Source of the DNA: Calditrichia bacterium
GTDB taxonomy: Bacteria > Calditrichota > Calditrichia > JAJRVZ01
Direction: 5' to 3'
Length of the DNA: 64,000 nt
NCBI GenBank assembly: GCA_963777955.1
Contig: CAVZSQ010000021.1
Span: forward strand, 122,621-186,620
Position numbers and translations under genes: made by a program. Shown piece after piece: positions 1-10,586 of this stretch (the stretch's first letter is position 1; each line of letters opens with the position of its first letter). The notes under the pieces are model-generated. The model did no database searches. It was not told the origin of the DNA and was given only the letters and a program-made list of their open reading frames with translations.

Positions 1-1199
1 GTGCGCGAATGTTATAAACAGAGCGTGCCAGCAGGGCCAGGACCAGCCCAAAGCCCAATATTGTCAGCACAATTTTTAAACTGAAATGAAACCAGTTCCA
101 GGCCGTGGTTTGCGGTAAGATTGCAAACAGGGCTGAACCCATCAGACATACAAATCCGATTGGTACGAAATATTTCCAGCACATAACCATTAATTGGTCC
201 ACCCGCAAGCGGGGCAGAGTCCAGCGTATCCAGATTACTATAAAAACAAAGAGAAGTGTTTTGGTGAAAAAAACAGACTACACTGGCCAAAATCCATAAA
301 TATTTCGCTGCGCCGGCGGACTGACTGATAACTGCTCCAAGATCGGCTATCCCCGGTATCTGCCAGCCGCCCAAAAATAAAGTCGTTATTATCGCTGACA
401 TCACCCACAGGTTAGCCCACTCGGCAAAGAAAAAGAAGACAAAACGCATACCGGAATATTCAGTCAAATAACCCGCAACCAGTTCGCTTTCCGCTTCCGG
501 TAAATCAAAGGGCGTACGGTTCCCTTCAGCTAATATCGAGGAAAAGAAAATAAAAAAAGCGATAAAAGAGAACGGATTATTAAAAATGAACCAGTACCAC
601 GGCCAGCCCCCCTGCTGCTTAATAATTTCCTGCATATTCAGGGTTCCGGCCAGGACTACAATGGTCAGCACTGCCAGTCCGGTCGGGATTTCATAAGAGA
701 CAATTTGCGCGGCACTGCGAATACCGCCCAGCAGCGACCACTTATTATTGCTGGACCAGCCGGCCATTAATACACCCAGCACTACAAACGTGGTAATTGC
801 CGATATATAGAAAATACCGATATCAATATTTGAAGCAACCAGACCGTAACCGAACGGCAGGGCCGCAAAGGCGGCAAAACATCCGGCAAAAACGAGATAA
901 GGAGCAAAGCGAAAAAGAGGTTTATCCACCGCCTGCGGAATCACATCTTCTTTTAAAAAACATTTCAGACCATCGGCAATCCACTGAAAAGAACCTCCGG
1001 GACCAACGCGATTCGGACCAATGCGCGACTGCATTCTGCCGGCAAAACGGCGTTCAGCCCAGGAAGTAACTCCGGCAAAAGTCGCCATAAAAACCAGAAC
1101 CACCGCCGCAACCGTCAGAATCCACAGCATCGTTACCAGCGTCATCATTCCTGGATTTAATTGCCAGTCAACTGATAGAGAATTAAAAAGTTCTTGCAT
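1..1199 (-). CDS. nuoH: NADH-quinone oxidoreductase subunit H (frameshift near 265; corrected frame runs off the window start)
   Basis: [40 protein letters not shown] motifs; after an A-run near 265 the alternate frame reads [15 protein letters not shown]. Confidence 0.95.
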
Positions 1200-1246
1200 A
1201 TTATATTACAGATTTTGTTATTTGCATTAATTTAGTAGCTTCATAA

Positions 1247-1311
1247 TTCCTTAGTTCCTTAGTTCCTTAGTGTCCTTAGTTCCTTTGTCTCTCTGTCCCT
1301 TTGTCCCTTTA
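1247..1311. repeat. Degenerate 8-mer tandem repeat (TTCCTTAG x3, TGTCCTTAG, TTCCTTTG, TCTCTCTG, TCCCTTTG, TCCCTTTA) between nuoD and nuoH
   Basis: Eight ~8-nt units read directly. Confidence 0.85.
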
Positions 1312-1313
1312 TT

Positions 1314-2447
1314 TTATCTATCCACCTCAGGGGCCACTACATCCAGGCTGCCGAAACAAGCGGTTAAATCTGCCACCATCATACCGGGAACGATCTTTGG
1401 CAAAATCGCCATGGCCAGAAACGATCCGGTTCTTATTTTAGTACGATAGGCAGTGTCGGTGCCATCACTGATAACATGAAAACCCATTTCACCACGGGCA
1501 CTCTCCACGCGACTGTAAACTTCACCCGCAGGTACGACAGGATTCCGTAATATCTTAGTCTGATACTCCCCTTCGGCCAGGCCTTCAATCGCCTGCCGCA
1601 CTATCCTGGCCGATTCCTCCATTTCCTCTATGCGGACCATATAACGTGCATAGGAATCACCCGCCTCGCCTCTGTACCTGCCGCCGGTTACCACTTTAAA
1701 TTTGAATTCCGGATAAACACTGTAGGGAAAATCACGGCGCAGATCGAAGTCAATGCCTGAGGCGCGCAGGTTAGGACCACCCAGACTATAATCGATAGCC
1801 AGTTGCGCCGGGATCACTCCGACGTGAATCAGGCGTTTTTCAAAAATTTCATTGCCGGTAATCAAGCGGTTAAATTCAGGAATAAAATTTTCGAAGCGAT
1901 TCAGAAAATCCAGGATTTCCTTATCCAGCCCGGGCATGAAATCGCGACAGACTCCTCCTATGCGCAGGTAATTATAATTCAGCCGGGCACCGCATATTTT
2001 TTCCATGATATCGTTGACTTTTTCCCGTTCACGGATACCGTGCAGAAATGGTGTAAAAGCACCCAGGTCCATAGCCATTGTACCACAGGCGATCAGATGA
2101 CTGATGATACGGTTTAACTCACAGGCAATCACCCGTAAATATTCCGCCCGGCGGGGAACCTGTATGCCTAATAATTTTTCTACGGCCATGCACCAGGCCT
2201 GATTACCAAACATAGCGGCCAGATAATCCACACGATCAGTATAAGGAATGAATCCGGTGTACTGGGTCAGTTCCGAGATCTTCTCGATGGAGCGGTGTAA
2301 ATATCCGACGTGGGGATCGACCGCTTGTATGACTTCACCCTTCAATTGCAATCGCAGATTGATCACACCATGGGTAGAAGGATGCTGCGGCCCCATGTTG
2401 ACTACTGTCGATTCGGTATCCAGAGTTTCTACCATCAGTTTGGTCAT
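1314..2447 (-). CDS. nuoD: NADH-quinone oxidoreductase subunit D
   Basis: NMGPQHPSTHG, GYLHRSIEK, C-terminal EVDR; start moved to ATG 2447, just downstream of the nuoC stop. Confidence 0.95.
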   Translation of the reverse strand: MTKLMVETLDTESTVVNMGPQHPSTHGVINLRLQLKGEVIQAVDPHVGYLHRSIEKISELTQYTGFIPYTDRVDYLAAMFGNQAWCMAVEKLLGIQVPRRAEYLRVIACELNRIISHLIACGTMAMDLGAFTPFLHGIREREKVNDIMEKICGARLNYNYLRIGGVCRDFMPGLDKEILDFLNRFENFIPEFNRLITGNEIFEKRLIHVGVIPAQLAIDYSLGGPNLRASGIDFDLRRDFPYSVYPEFKFKVVTGGRYRGEAGDSYARYMVRIEEMEESARIVRQAIEGLAEGEYQTKILRNPVVPAGEVYSRVESARGEMGFHVISDGTDTAYRTKIRTGSFLAMAILPKIVPGMMVADLTACFGSLDVVAPEVDR

Positions 2448-2451
2448 CTGC

Positions 2452-3060
2452 TTATCCCGCCGTGGATTTCTGGTTTTGATCACTGGAATTCATCGATGGT
2501 GTATTTGCCGAAGATGTACCACTTGCCGGGTCAATAGTTTTTTCCTGCTGGGAGGCTGTTCTGACTTGAACCAGTAATTGATGAGGATCCGGCCGGTCAC
2601 AGGGAATGCCATGATAATCTGCAGGTGCCTGATAATCTTTACGCAGGGGATGCCCAATCCAGTCGTCGGGCATCATAATTCTTCTCAGATCGGGATGACC
2701 CTGGAACTGAATTCCGACCAGATCGTAGGCCTCGCGTTCGAACCACTCAGCGGCAGGGTATAATTGCGTAAGGCTGGATAATGCGGGATTGTCTTTCGGA
2801 ATCAGAACTTTGATCATGACCTCGAACTTGCCTGCTAATGAACGAATCTGATAAACAACTCCCAGCGCAGTCTCATAGTCGATCCCGGAGAGACAGGCCA
2901 GATAATTCATCGCCAGATTATTTTTTAATATTTGAATCACCTGAATTAAATCGGCAGGTTGAACCAGCAGCCAGGGATCCCCGGCTTGTCCCTGCTGAAG
3001 TTCGATTTTGGCAGCCGGTAACAGACTTTGCAGAGCTGATTGAATTTCATTAGCCGTCAT
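2452..3060 (-). CDS. nuoC: NADH-quinone oxidoreductase subunit C
   Basis: WFEREAYDLVGIQFQGHPDLRRIMMPDDWIGHPLRKDY. Confidence 0.95.
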   Translation of the reverse strand: MTANEIQSALQSLLPAAKIELQQGQAGDPWLLVQPADLIQVIQILKNNLAMNYLACLSGIDYETALGVVYQIRSLAGKFEVMIKVLIPKDNPALSSLTQLYPAAEWFEREAYDLVGIQFQGHPDLRRIMMPDDWIGHPLRKDYQAPADYHGIPCDRPDPHQLLVQVRTASQQEKTIDPASGTSSANTPSMNSSDQNQKSTAG

Positions 3061-3569
3061 CGTGCAATTTTCTCCGAATCCATCTTCATGCGTACGACCC
3101 AGCGTTCTTTTTCGATCTTTTTCTGTATATTCAGCAAGGCTTCATTAAGCGCCTCCGGCCGGGGCGCACAACCCGGTAAATACATATCGACCGGAATCAC
3201 TTTATCGATGCCTTTGACCACGGAGTATCCTTTCTGGAACAAACCGCCGCAATTAGCACAGGCGCCCATGGCCAGAACATATTTGGGTTCCGGCATCTGG
3301 TCATATAAACGGCGGACTGCCTCCGCCATTTTATAGGTGACCGAACCGGCAACCAGCAGTACATCGGCCTGGCGCGGTGTAGCCCGGAAGACCATGCCGA
3401 AGCGGTCCAGGTCAGTTCGCGGACCCCCGGTTTGCATCAATTCAATACCACAACAGGCCGTCGCAAACAACAGATACCATAATGAATTTCTGCGGGGCCA
3501 ATTCAGCAGCCAGTCTATTTTTGTAGGCATAACCATGCCTTCCGCCCATTCATATTCGCTCATTGTCAT
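3057..3569 (-). CDS. nuoB: NADH-quinone oxidoreductase subunit B
   Basis: ACCGIE, RATPRQAD, MGACA, PGCAPRPE (N2 cluster ligands). Confidence 0.95.
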   Translation of the reverse strand: MTMSEYEWAEGMVMPTKIDWLLNWPRRNSLWYLLFATACCGIELMQTGGPRTDLDRFGMVFRATPRQADVLLVAGSVTYKMAEAVRRLYDQMPEPKYVLAMGACANCGGLFQKGYSVVKGIDKVIPVDMYLPGCAPRPEALNEALLNIQKKIEKERWVVRMKMDSEKIAR

Positions 3570-3967
3570 TCCTGTTCATAATTTTTGTCTTCAATTTTTT
3601 TGATCCATTCCAGATCCCCGCGGGCCCATAAGAATATCAAGCCAACAACCAGGATCACCACAAAGATCAGGATTTCGATAAAGGCCACCAGACCATTCCC
3701 GGCCTTAGCCCAATTACGTAAAACGGTGATGACCGGGAAGGTCAGGACTATTTCTACATCGAATATCAGAAAAATTAAGGCCAGCATATAAAAACGGGGA
3801 TTAAAATTGTACCAGCCACTGCCGATGGGCGGCTCTCCGCATTCATAGGTTTCATTCCGCTTTTGTCCCATCCGCCGCGGACGGATCAGGGCACCCAGGG
3901 CCAGAGCGATAAAAACAAATCCAAGGCCCAGGGCCAGAAATATGAAGATTAAACTGAATTCAAACAA
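3566..3967 (-). CDS. nuoA: NADH-quinone oxidoreductase subunit A
   Basis: TYECGE, FLIFDVE, three hydrophobic segments. Confidence 0.95.
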   Translation of the reverse strand: MFEFSLIFIFLALGLGFVFIALALGALIRPRRMGQKRNETYECGEPPIGSGWYNFNPRFYMLALIFLIFDVEIVLTFPVITVLRNWAKAGNGLVAFIEILIFVVILVVGLIFLWARGDLEWIKKIEDKNYEQE

Positions 3968-4181
3968 TTTGCAGGCACCCCGGTCTTACTTTAACACTTT
4001 TTGCAAGATGGGGATTTTAATTATTTTCAAAGTATAAATCAAGCAGAAAAACTATCAGGATAAATATAAGTATCTCCGGAAAAAATAGGTATACAAAAAA
4101 ATGTAAAAATATGCAGAAAATTAATGTGGCAACCCTATTTTAGCGGATCCGGCCTGATATGTTACGGTTGCGGGGAAATGA

Positions 4182-5699
4182 TCAGAAGAGAGATTCTACT
4201 TTATTGATGAGATCATGAACGCTGAAAGGCTTTTCAATATAATGGACAATGCCCAGTTCTCGTAATTCCCGTTTTTTATCTTCATCGCCGATTCCGGAAA
4301 TGATCAATATTTTCTGTTTCGGATTCAGCATTTTTAAATCATTATAGCAGGTAAAACCACTGACATCAGGCATGATCAGATCCAGAAAAACAATATCAAT
4401 CTCCATCATCTTTTCTTTATATATTTTCAGGCCTTTTTCTGCATTGTTAGCTGTATAAACTTTAAAACCAATCGACTTGAGCATATCATGAGCCAATTCG
4501 AGGATCATACTCTCGTCATCAATCACCAGAATGGAGCGATTCCGGCCGATATTCTTCAGATATTCATGGGCGACATCGGTATCCTGAATACCTTCGGCCT
4601 TGGGTATTAATAAGACAAAAGTTGTCCCTTTATCAGGTTCACTCTGTACTTCAATTTCTCCGCAAATGCTTTTAATGATGCCATAAACCATGGATAAGCC
4701 AAGTCCTGTGCCTTTGCCCGGTTTCTTGGTTGTAAAGAAAGGATCAAAAATATGCTTCAGATTTTCCTTGCTGATGCCATGGCCGTTATCATCAATTTCA
4801 AAACGGATATATTTGCCTTCGCTGAGTTGTTTATAACCGCTTTTATTTAAACTGGAAATTTCAAAATTACTCGCCTTGAATATTATTTTACCACTTTCGC
4901 TGATGGCGTCCTTGGCATTTAAAGCCAGATTCATGATAATCTGCTGCAACTGCGCATCATCAATTTTAACGAAACCCAGATCTTTCTCGAAATCAATTAT
5001 AATGTCGACATTTTTATCAAATAATTTGCGGATAATATCGAATGTTTCCATCGCGGTTCTGGAGAAATCTGTAGCCAGTGCGGATTTAACCCGGTCTTCC
5101 CTGGCAAAATTCAATAGTCTTTTAACGATGTCGGATGCCCGGTTAGCTGATTTTTGTATGGCCTCAGCACGTTTAAAGTTCAGTTCGGTATTGGCGGTGG
5201 AAAGTTTAATCAATTCGGCATTGGGTAGGATACCGGTCAGAATATTATTGAATTCATGTGCAATCCCGCTGGCTAATAATCCGATACTCTCCATTTTCTG
5301 GGCCTGCAGCAGTTGATGTTGTACTTTCTTTATATAAGTCATGTCTTTAAACAGGACCGAGAAACCGATTATATTATTGCTCAAATCCTTGATTTGATTC
5401 ATCGTCAGCAGGACCGGACATTTATTATTATATATCTGCAGTTCGATTTCATAATCTTTGATATAACCAAACTTATTTACCGTGGCAATTAGATAATTGA
5501 TATCGCCTTCAGTCCGGATAAAACTGTTAAAAAAATTAAACGAGTTATCTTCTTCCCTGATACCCAGTAATTCCAGAGCCGCGATATTCGCATAAATAAA
5601 ATCCCCGTCCGATTTAATGATGCAAAATCCATCCTTTAAATCCTGGACGATTGAGGATAGGCTTCTGTTTTCCTTCTGGAATCTTTTATTCTTGAACAT
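4182..5699 (-). CDS. Soluble hybrid sensor histidine kinase (PAS-HisKA-HATPase-receiver)
   Basis: [22 protein letters not shown]-box, [24 protein letters not shown], receiver LVIDDE/DLIMP/KPF. Confidence 0.92.
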   Translation of the reverse strand: MFKNKRFQKENRSLSSIVQDLKDGFCIIKSDGDFIYANIAALELLGIREEDNSFNFFNSFIRTEGDINYLIATVNKFGYIKDYEIELQIYNNKCPVLLTMNQIKDLSNNIIGFSVLFKDMTYIKKVQHQLLQAQKMESIGLLASGIAHEFNNILTGILPNAELIKLSTANTELNFKRAEAIQKSANRASDIVKRLLNFAREDRVKSALATDFSRTAMETFDIIRKLFDKNVDIIIDFEKDLGFVKIDDAQLQQIIMNLALNAKDAISESGKIIFKASNFEISSLNKSGYKQLSEGKYIRFEIDDNGHGISKENLKHIFDPFFTTKKPGKGTGLGLSMVYGIIKSICGEIEVQSEPDKGTTFVLLIPKAEGIQDTDVAHEYLKNIGRNRSILVIDDESMILELAHDMLKSIGFKVYTANNAEKGLKIYKEKMMEIDIVFLDLIMPDVSGFTCYNDLKMLNPKQKILIISGIGDEDKKRELRELGIVHYIEKPFSVHDLINKVESLF

Positions 5700-6767
5700 T
5701 TATTTATCACCCTGATGAAAAAAGAATCCTATTGAACTGTACCAGCGGTTATACAAAGTCAGGATCGCCAGTATAAATGAAATAACGATAGAAAGAATCA
5801 AAATCAGTAAGTTCAACTTCAAAAATATTTCAAATTTATTAAAAAAGAACAGATACACACCCAGCGAGATAATTACCACCGCGGAAATGATCAGATGCCT
5901 GGTTTTAAAGTTGGAATAAAAACCCAGAATATAACTTCGTCTGGGTTTGTCAATAAATCCTTTCAACAGATAATAATTTTCAATGTACCGTTCATTCTCC
6001 TTGGAATTGGGATCAAGCAGATATATCCAGCGGGAGAATAAGGCGAATATTATGATCAAATACAGGACGGCATTGAAATATTGGCCGAAGTAATAAAATA
6101 TCAAATCGTTTTCGGCGCTGAACATATGAAATATCTGCAAGCCCATTAAAATGGTATACGCCGAGATAATACTGGATATATATTCTGAGAATATGAGTTT
6201 GGACTGGGTATATTGATGCCAGAAGACGATCAACAGGCAAAAATTCAGGATATGCATATAATAGTTTCTGGAAAATAACGGATCATAGGAATACATAAAC
6301 CGGCCGCTGATAAAAATAGGCGCGAACATGCCCAGACAGATAACCAGCGAAAAGATTAGCGCGGTCAGCAGTGCATTAGACCTCTTTTTATGAGGCAGTA
6401 TTGAAATCATAAAAATGTAAAAGGTAAAAAACAGTTGATAGGTCGTGGTAAAAATACTGATAAAATGATAATTAAGGTAATTGAAAAGTTCGGAGAAAGT
6501 CGCCAGGCTGAAAATACAGAAGATACTCGAGATCGTGGTAAAGGTAGGCCAGATCCCGACTATAATCAATATATCGCGATTGACCTTGCTCAGATTGATC
6601 GTACGCCAGACCAGATACGTTATGATAAAATACAGATTGATATTGACTAAATAGATAATTTCATATTCCTGATGCGGAATAAGCGAATACAAAATTTTCA
6701 GGCAGAATATAAAAACAAGTTCGGCCAGTATCAGTTCACCGGCTACTTTAACGATTTCTTTCTTCAT
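5700..6767 (-). CDS. Polytopic membrane protein of unknown function
   Basis: 355-aa ORF with many hydrophobic segments; start overlaps glyQS stop (ATGA). Confidence 0.75.
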   Translation of the reverse strand: MKKEIVKVAGELILAELVFIFCLKILYSLIPHQEYEIIYLVNINLYFIITYLVWRTINLSKVNRDILIIVGIWPTFTTISSIFCIFSLATFSELFNYLNYHFISIFTTTYQLFFTFYIFMISILPHKKRSNALLTALIFSLVICLGMFAPIFISGRFMYSYDPLFSRNYYMHILNFCLLIVFWHQYTQSKLIFSEYISSIISAYTILMGLQIFHMFSAENDLIFYYFGQYFNAVLYLIIIFALFSRWIYLLDPNSKENERYIENYYLLKGFIDKPRRSYILGFYSNFKTRHLIISAVVIISLGVYLFFFNKFEIFLKLNLLILILSIVISFILAILTLYNRWYSSIGFFFHQGDK

Positions 6768-8075
6768 GGGCGACTTTCAATACCTGCTCTTAAAAAATCC
6801 CTCAGCCTGTCCGAATTTACCCGCTCCTGGACCATGGAATCCCGCCAGCGTACAGTGACTGTCATATTTTGCAGGGTCTCTGAATCCACTGTAACGCAGA
6901 ACGGCGTGCCCGCTTCATCCATTCTCCTGTATCGGCGACCGACAGATCCGCTGTCATCATAGAATACTCTGAAATTTCCCTTTAAGTCAGCGGCAATTTT
7001 CCTGGCAATATCCTGCATACCGTCACGATTAACCAGCGGGAAAACTGCAACTTTTATTGGTGCCAGAACCGGCGCCAGTTTTAATACGACTCTTTCCGTT
7101 TCCTCCTCATAGGCATCGATCAGTACGGTTAACAGTGTACGATCACAACCTATGGAGGTTTCGATCACATAAGGTATATATTTCCTTTTCTCCTGGTCAT
7201 CAAAATATTGCAAATCCTTGCCGGAATATTCCTCGTGCCGATGCAAATCGAAATCAGTCCGGTTATGAATCCCTTCGATCTCCTGCCAGCCAAATGGGAA
7301 TTCGTACTGAATATCAAATGCTTTCTTGGCGTAATGAGCTAATTCCGTGGCCGAGTGTTCATGAAATGATAATTTATTCTTTTTTGATACCCAGCCGTTC
7401 ATACCAGCTCATGCGTTCATTTTTCCAGTATTCAAACCATTGCTCATCCGATCCCGGTTTTACAAAATACTGCATTTCCATTTGTTCAAACTCACGCGTC
7501 CGGAAAGTAAAATTACCCGGAGTAATCTCATTGCGGAAGGCTTTGCCGATCTGTGCTATTCCAAACGGGACCTTTCTTCTGGCAGATTCTCGTACATTAT
7601 GGAAATTAACATAAATGCCCTGCGCCGTTTCCGGACGCAGATAGATGATACTAGCTGTATCTTCGACAGGTCCCATAAAAGTCTTGAACATTAAATTAAA
7701 ATTTCTGGCTTCGGTCAATTCTCCGCCGCAGACAGGACACTTTTTGGATTTTTCCAGGATATCCGCTTTGAATCTGTTCTTACAGTTTTTGCAATCGATC
7801 AAAGGATCGGTAAAACCTTCCACATGACCGGAGGCCTCCCAGACCCGGGGATGCATCAGAATACTGGCATCGATTCCCTCAATATCATCCCGCTCATAGA
7901 CCATGGCTTTCCACCATAATTCCTTGATCTTCTTCTTCAATTCTATCCCCAGCGGACCATAATCATAGCAACTGTTTATACCACCGTAGATCTCACTGCT
8001 CTGAAAAATAAATCCGCGCCTTTTGGCCAGGGATACAATTTTGTCCATCACATTGCTTTCTTTGCTCTTCTCCAC
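6764..8075 (-). CDS. glyQS: Glycine--tRNA ligase, homodimeric type (frameshift near 7380)
   Basis: [49 protein letters not shown]; split at an A-run. Confidence 0.95.
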
Positions 8076-8128
8076 TGCCTCACTCCTGTACTTCGTACAT
8101 GTATTTTCTATTATTAATTATGATTTAT

Positions 8129-8899
8129 TTAAGTCCGTAAATCCTGGTGGGAGAATCCGGATAATTTTAATCCGTTCAGCACCAATTTCTGCCCGGTATG
8201 AAATTGAATATATTGTAATAAAAAATCCGTAAAGTTTAGCCGTTGATTTAAAGTAAGCCCCAGCCGTGCTATACTGGTATGCCTGGTCTGCTGAATACGG
8301 GCCAGGATTTTTAAATCCGCTTTTGTGATTTTTATATTATTTTCACCTGCCGGCAGGCAGGATCTGCATATTACCGAACCTTCGTTCATAGAAAAGTAAA
8401 CTTCATCATCGTTGACCTGAATCCCGCACTTCCGGCAGATTGTGAATTCAGGTTTGAATCCCAAATACGAGGCCAACTTCAATAAATAATACCAGAAAAT
8501 TACCTGTTCATTATCCGAATCTTCCAGGGCCTGCAATATCTGTTTATTAAAATCAAAAAAAGTACTATCCGGATTGCTGTAGGCAAAAAATGCATCCAGC
8601 AGTTCAAGTACCCCGAAAGCATATCCGGTTTTTAATAAATCCCGGCGCAGGGTGTTAAAACTATGTTCCAGACTAATATCACCAAGAGTTTGCAACTCTC
8701 TCCCGGGTGAAAGATAGATGAAGGCCTCAATTAAGTTTAACGACTCCAAAAGACCACGATAGCGACTGTCTGTTTTTTTGGCACCCTTGGCCATAACATT
8801 CAATTTCCCCAGTTCCCGGGTGAACAGAGTTGTAATTTTGCTTGAATCTTTCCAGTCTATGCTTTTCAGCACCAGGGCTGTGGTTTTTTGCAGCGACAT
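8129..8899 (-). CDS. recO: DNA repair protein RecO
   Basis: N-terminal OB-like DSSKITTLFTRELGK..AKGA; CxxC...CxxC zinc finger. Confidence 0.9.
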   Translation of the reverse strand: MSLQKTTALVLKSIDWKDSSKITTLFTRELGKLNVMAKGAKKTDSRYRGLLESLNLIEAFIYLSPGRELQTLGDISLEHSFNTLRRDLLKTGYAFGVLELLDAFFAYSNPDSTFFDFNKQILQALEDSDNEQVIFWYYLLKLASYLGFKPEFTICRKCGIQVNDDEVYFSMNEGSVICRSCLPAGENNIKITKADLKILARIQQTRHTSIARLGLTLNQRLNFTDFLLQYIQFHTGQKLVLNGLKLSGFSHQDLRT

Positions 8900-8998
8900 A
8901 TTCTAATCAGTATCTGCTATCCATTAAATTAGCTGCTCAGTACCAGACGAAATATATCAGTTTGTCACGACCTGTGCCTGCTGAGGAAATGAATACCA

Positions 8999-9800
8999 TC
9001 AGGCCTGTAATTTGTATATCTCATTGGTAAGTTTAACATATTCTTCAATGGTTAAATCTTCCGCCCGGACATCCAGTGGAATCGACTTTATCTGCCTGAC
9101 TATCTCCACTTCGTAAAAATCTGCGCAGATTATTGTAAATCGTTTTTCTGCGGGTCTGAAAGCACTGCCGGACTACCTGCCGGAATAAATCATGATCGCT
9201 GAGTTCGCCACTGGCTGTCCTGAATGTAAAATTCAATACCGCCGAATCGACCTTGGGTACCGGGAAAAAATTTTTGCTGCCTACCCTGAATATTCTGTCG
9301 ATCTGTGCATAATTCCCGATAATAACCGTGGGTATACCGTACTCCTTATTGTGCGGCGAAGCCAGAAGCCGCTCCGCCACCTCCTGCTGAACCATAATCA
9401 CAAGTTGATCTATGTATTCACGATAATCCAGCAGTCTGAAAAGTATGTCCGACGTAATATTATAGGGAATATTCCCCACAACTTTTACTTTTCGAGCCGG
9501 CGTTTGCGCCAGCGCCAGTCGGTCAATCGCATAATCTAAAATACTTTCAGGAACAATCTCTACCGGCGGACTGAACTTTTCCCGTAGAAACCGGACACAT
9601 CTTTCATCTATTTCCAGCGCAACTATTTTTTTGCAGGGCTGCTGCTGTAATAATTCAGTGATGGCACCTGTACCGGCACCAATCTCCAGAACAACATCTG
9701 CCGGCTGCAGATTGAGCGCCGCAACTATCTTTTCAGCATAATGCCGGTTCTTCAGAAAATTCTGACCATATTTTTTTAGTGGCGGCAATGATTGAGTCAT
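8999..9800 (-). CDS. rsmA: 16S rRNA dimethyltransferase RsmA/KsgA (C-terminal frameshift)
   Basis: KKYGQNFL, LEIGAGTG, VGNIPYNIT, FFPVPKVDS; RAEDLTIEEY tail in another frame ending at 8999. Confidence 0.93.
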
Positions 9801-10567
9801 CAGGCTGTGATTCTGAATAAACTCCTGGCGTTCTCGGTGGTAATCTCCGCTAATTTCTCGATTGAGATGTTTTTAATCCTGGCGATGGTAGCCGCAGTAT
9901 ATTTGATATAAGCGGGTTCATTGCGTTTACCCCTGAAGGGAACCGGTGCCAGATACGGGCTGTCAGTTTCCAGAAGTATTTGTTCCACAGGAACACGATC
10001 AATTAATTTATAATAACTGGTATTTTTGTAAGTTATGGCCCCGGTAAAAGAGATATATAAATTTAATTTTAATACCGCTTTTAGAAAATCCTCATCCCCG
10101 GAGAAAGAATGAAGCACCCCGCTCACTTCCTGCACTTTTTCTTCGGTCAAAATGGAATATAAATCGTCATGTGCATCGCGGTTATGAACGATTACCGGGA
10201 TTTTTAACTGGCGGGCCAGTTGAATTTGTTTACGAAAAAAATCATGTTGTTTTTCTTTAGTGCTGTAGTGGCGGTAATAATCCAGTCCTATTTCACCGAT
10301 GGCCACTGCTTTTTTGCGACCGGCCAGTGTTTTGATCTTATCCAGATCGGATTCGTTCAGATCATTTAAATCATTGGGGTGCAGACCAACGGCAGCATAG
10401 ACCACGGCAAACTGATCCGCTAATTGCAAAGATTTAAGCGAAGAATCATAATCGGTGCCAATGGTAATCAGGGCACGGACATGGTTCTGGATGGCACGTT
10501 GAACGATCTTCTCCGTCTCATCTGCGAATTCCTGCGCATGGAGATGACAATGCGTATCGATAAACAT
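9800..10567 (-). CDS. tatD: TatD family hydrolase
   Basis: DTHCH, GEIGLDY, LETDSPYLAP. Confidence 0.93.
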   Translation of the reverse strand: MFIDTHCHLHAQEFADETEKIVQRAIQNHVRALITIGTDYDSSLKSLQLADQFAVVYAAVGLHPNDLNDLNESDLDKIKTLAGRKKAVAIGEIGLDYYRHYSTKEKQHDFFRKQIQLARQLKIPVIVHNRDAHDDLYSILTEEKVQEVSGVLHSFSGDEDFLKAVLKLNLYISFTGAITYKNTSYYKLIDRVPVEQILLETDSPYLAPVPFRGKRNEPAYIKYTAATIARIKNISIEKLAEITTENARSLFRITA

Positions 10568-10586
10568 CTGACTTCCTAAATAGGTT

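Noticed and set aside
1247..1311. CRISPR array (also considered for 32550-32594 and the 53-kb/59.9-kb elements)
   Set aside because: No constant 23-47-nt repeats separated by unique spacers; no cas genes.
8346..8361. CCTGCCGGCAGGCAGG REP-like palindrome inside recO
   Set aside because: It encodes an ordinary part of the zinc-finger region (SCLPAG); a single short match is compatible with chance.
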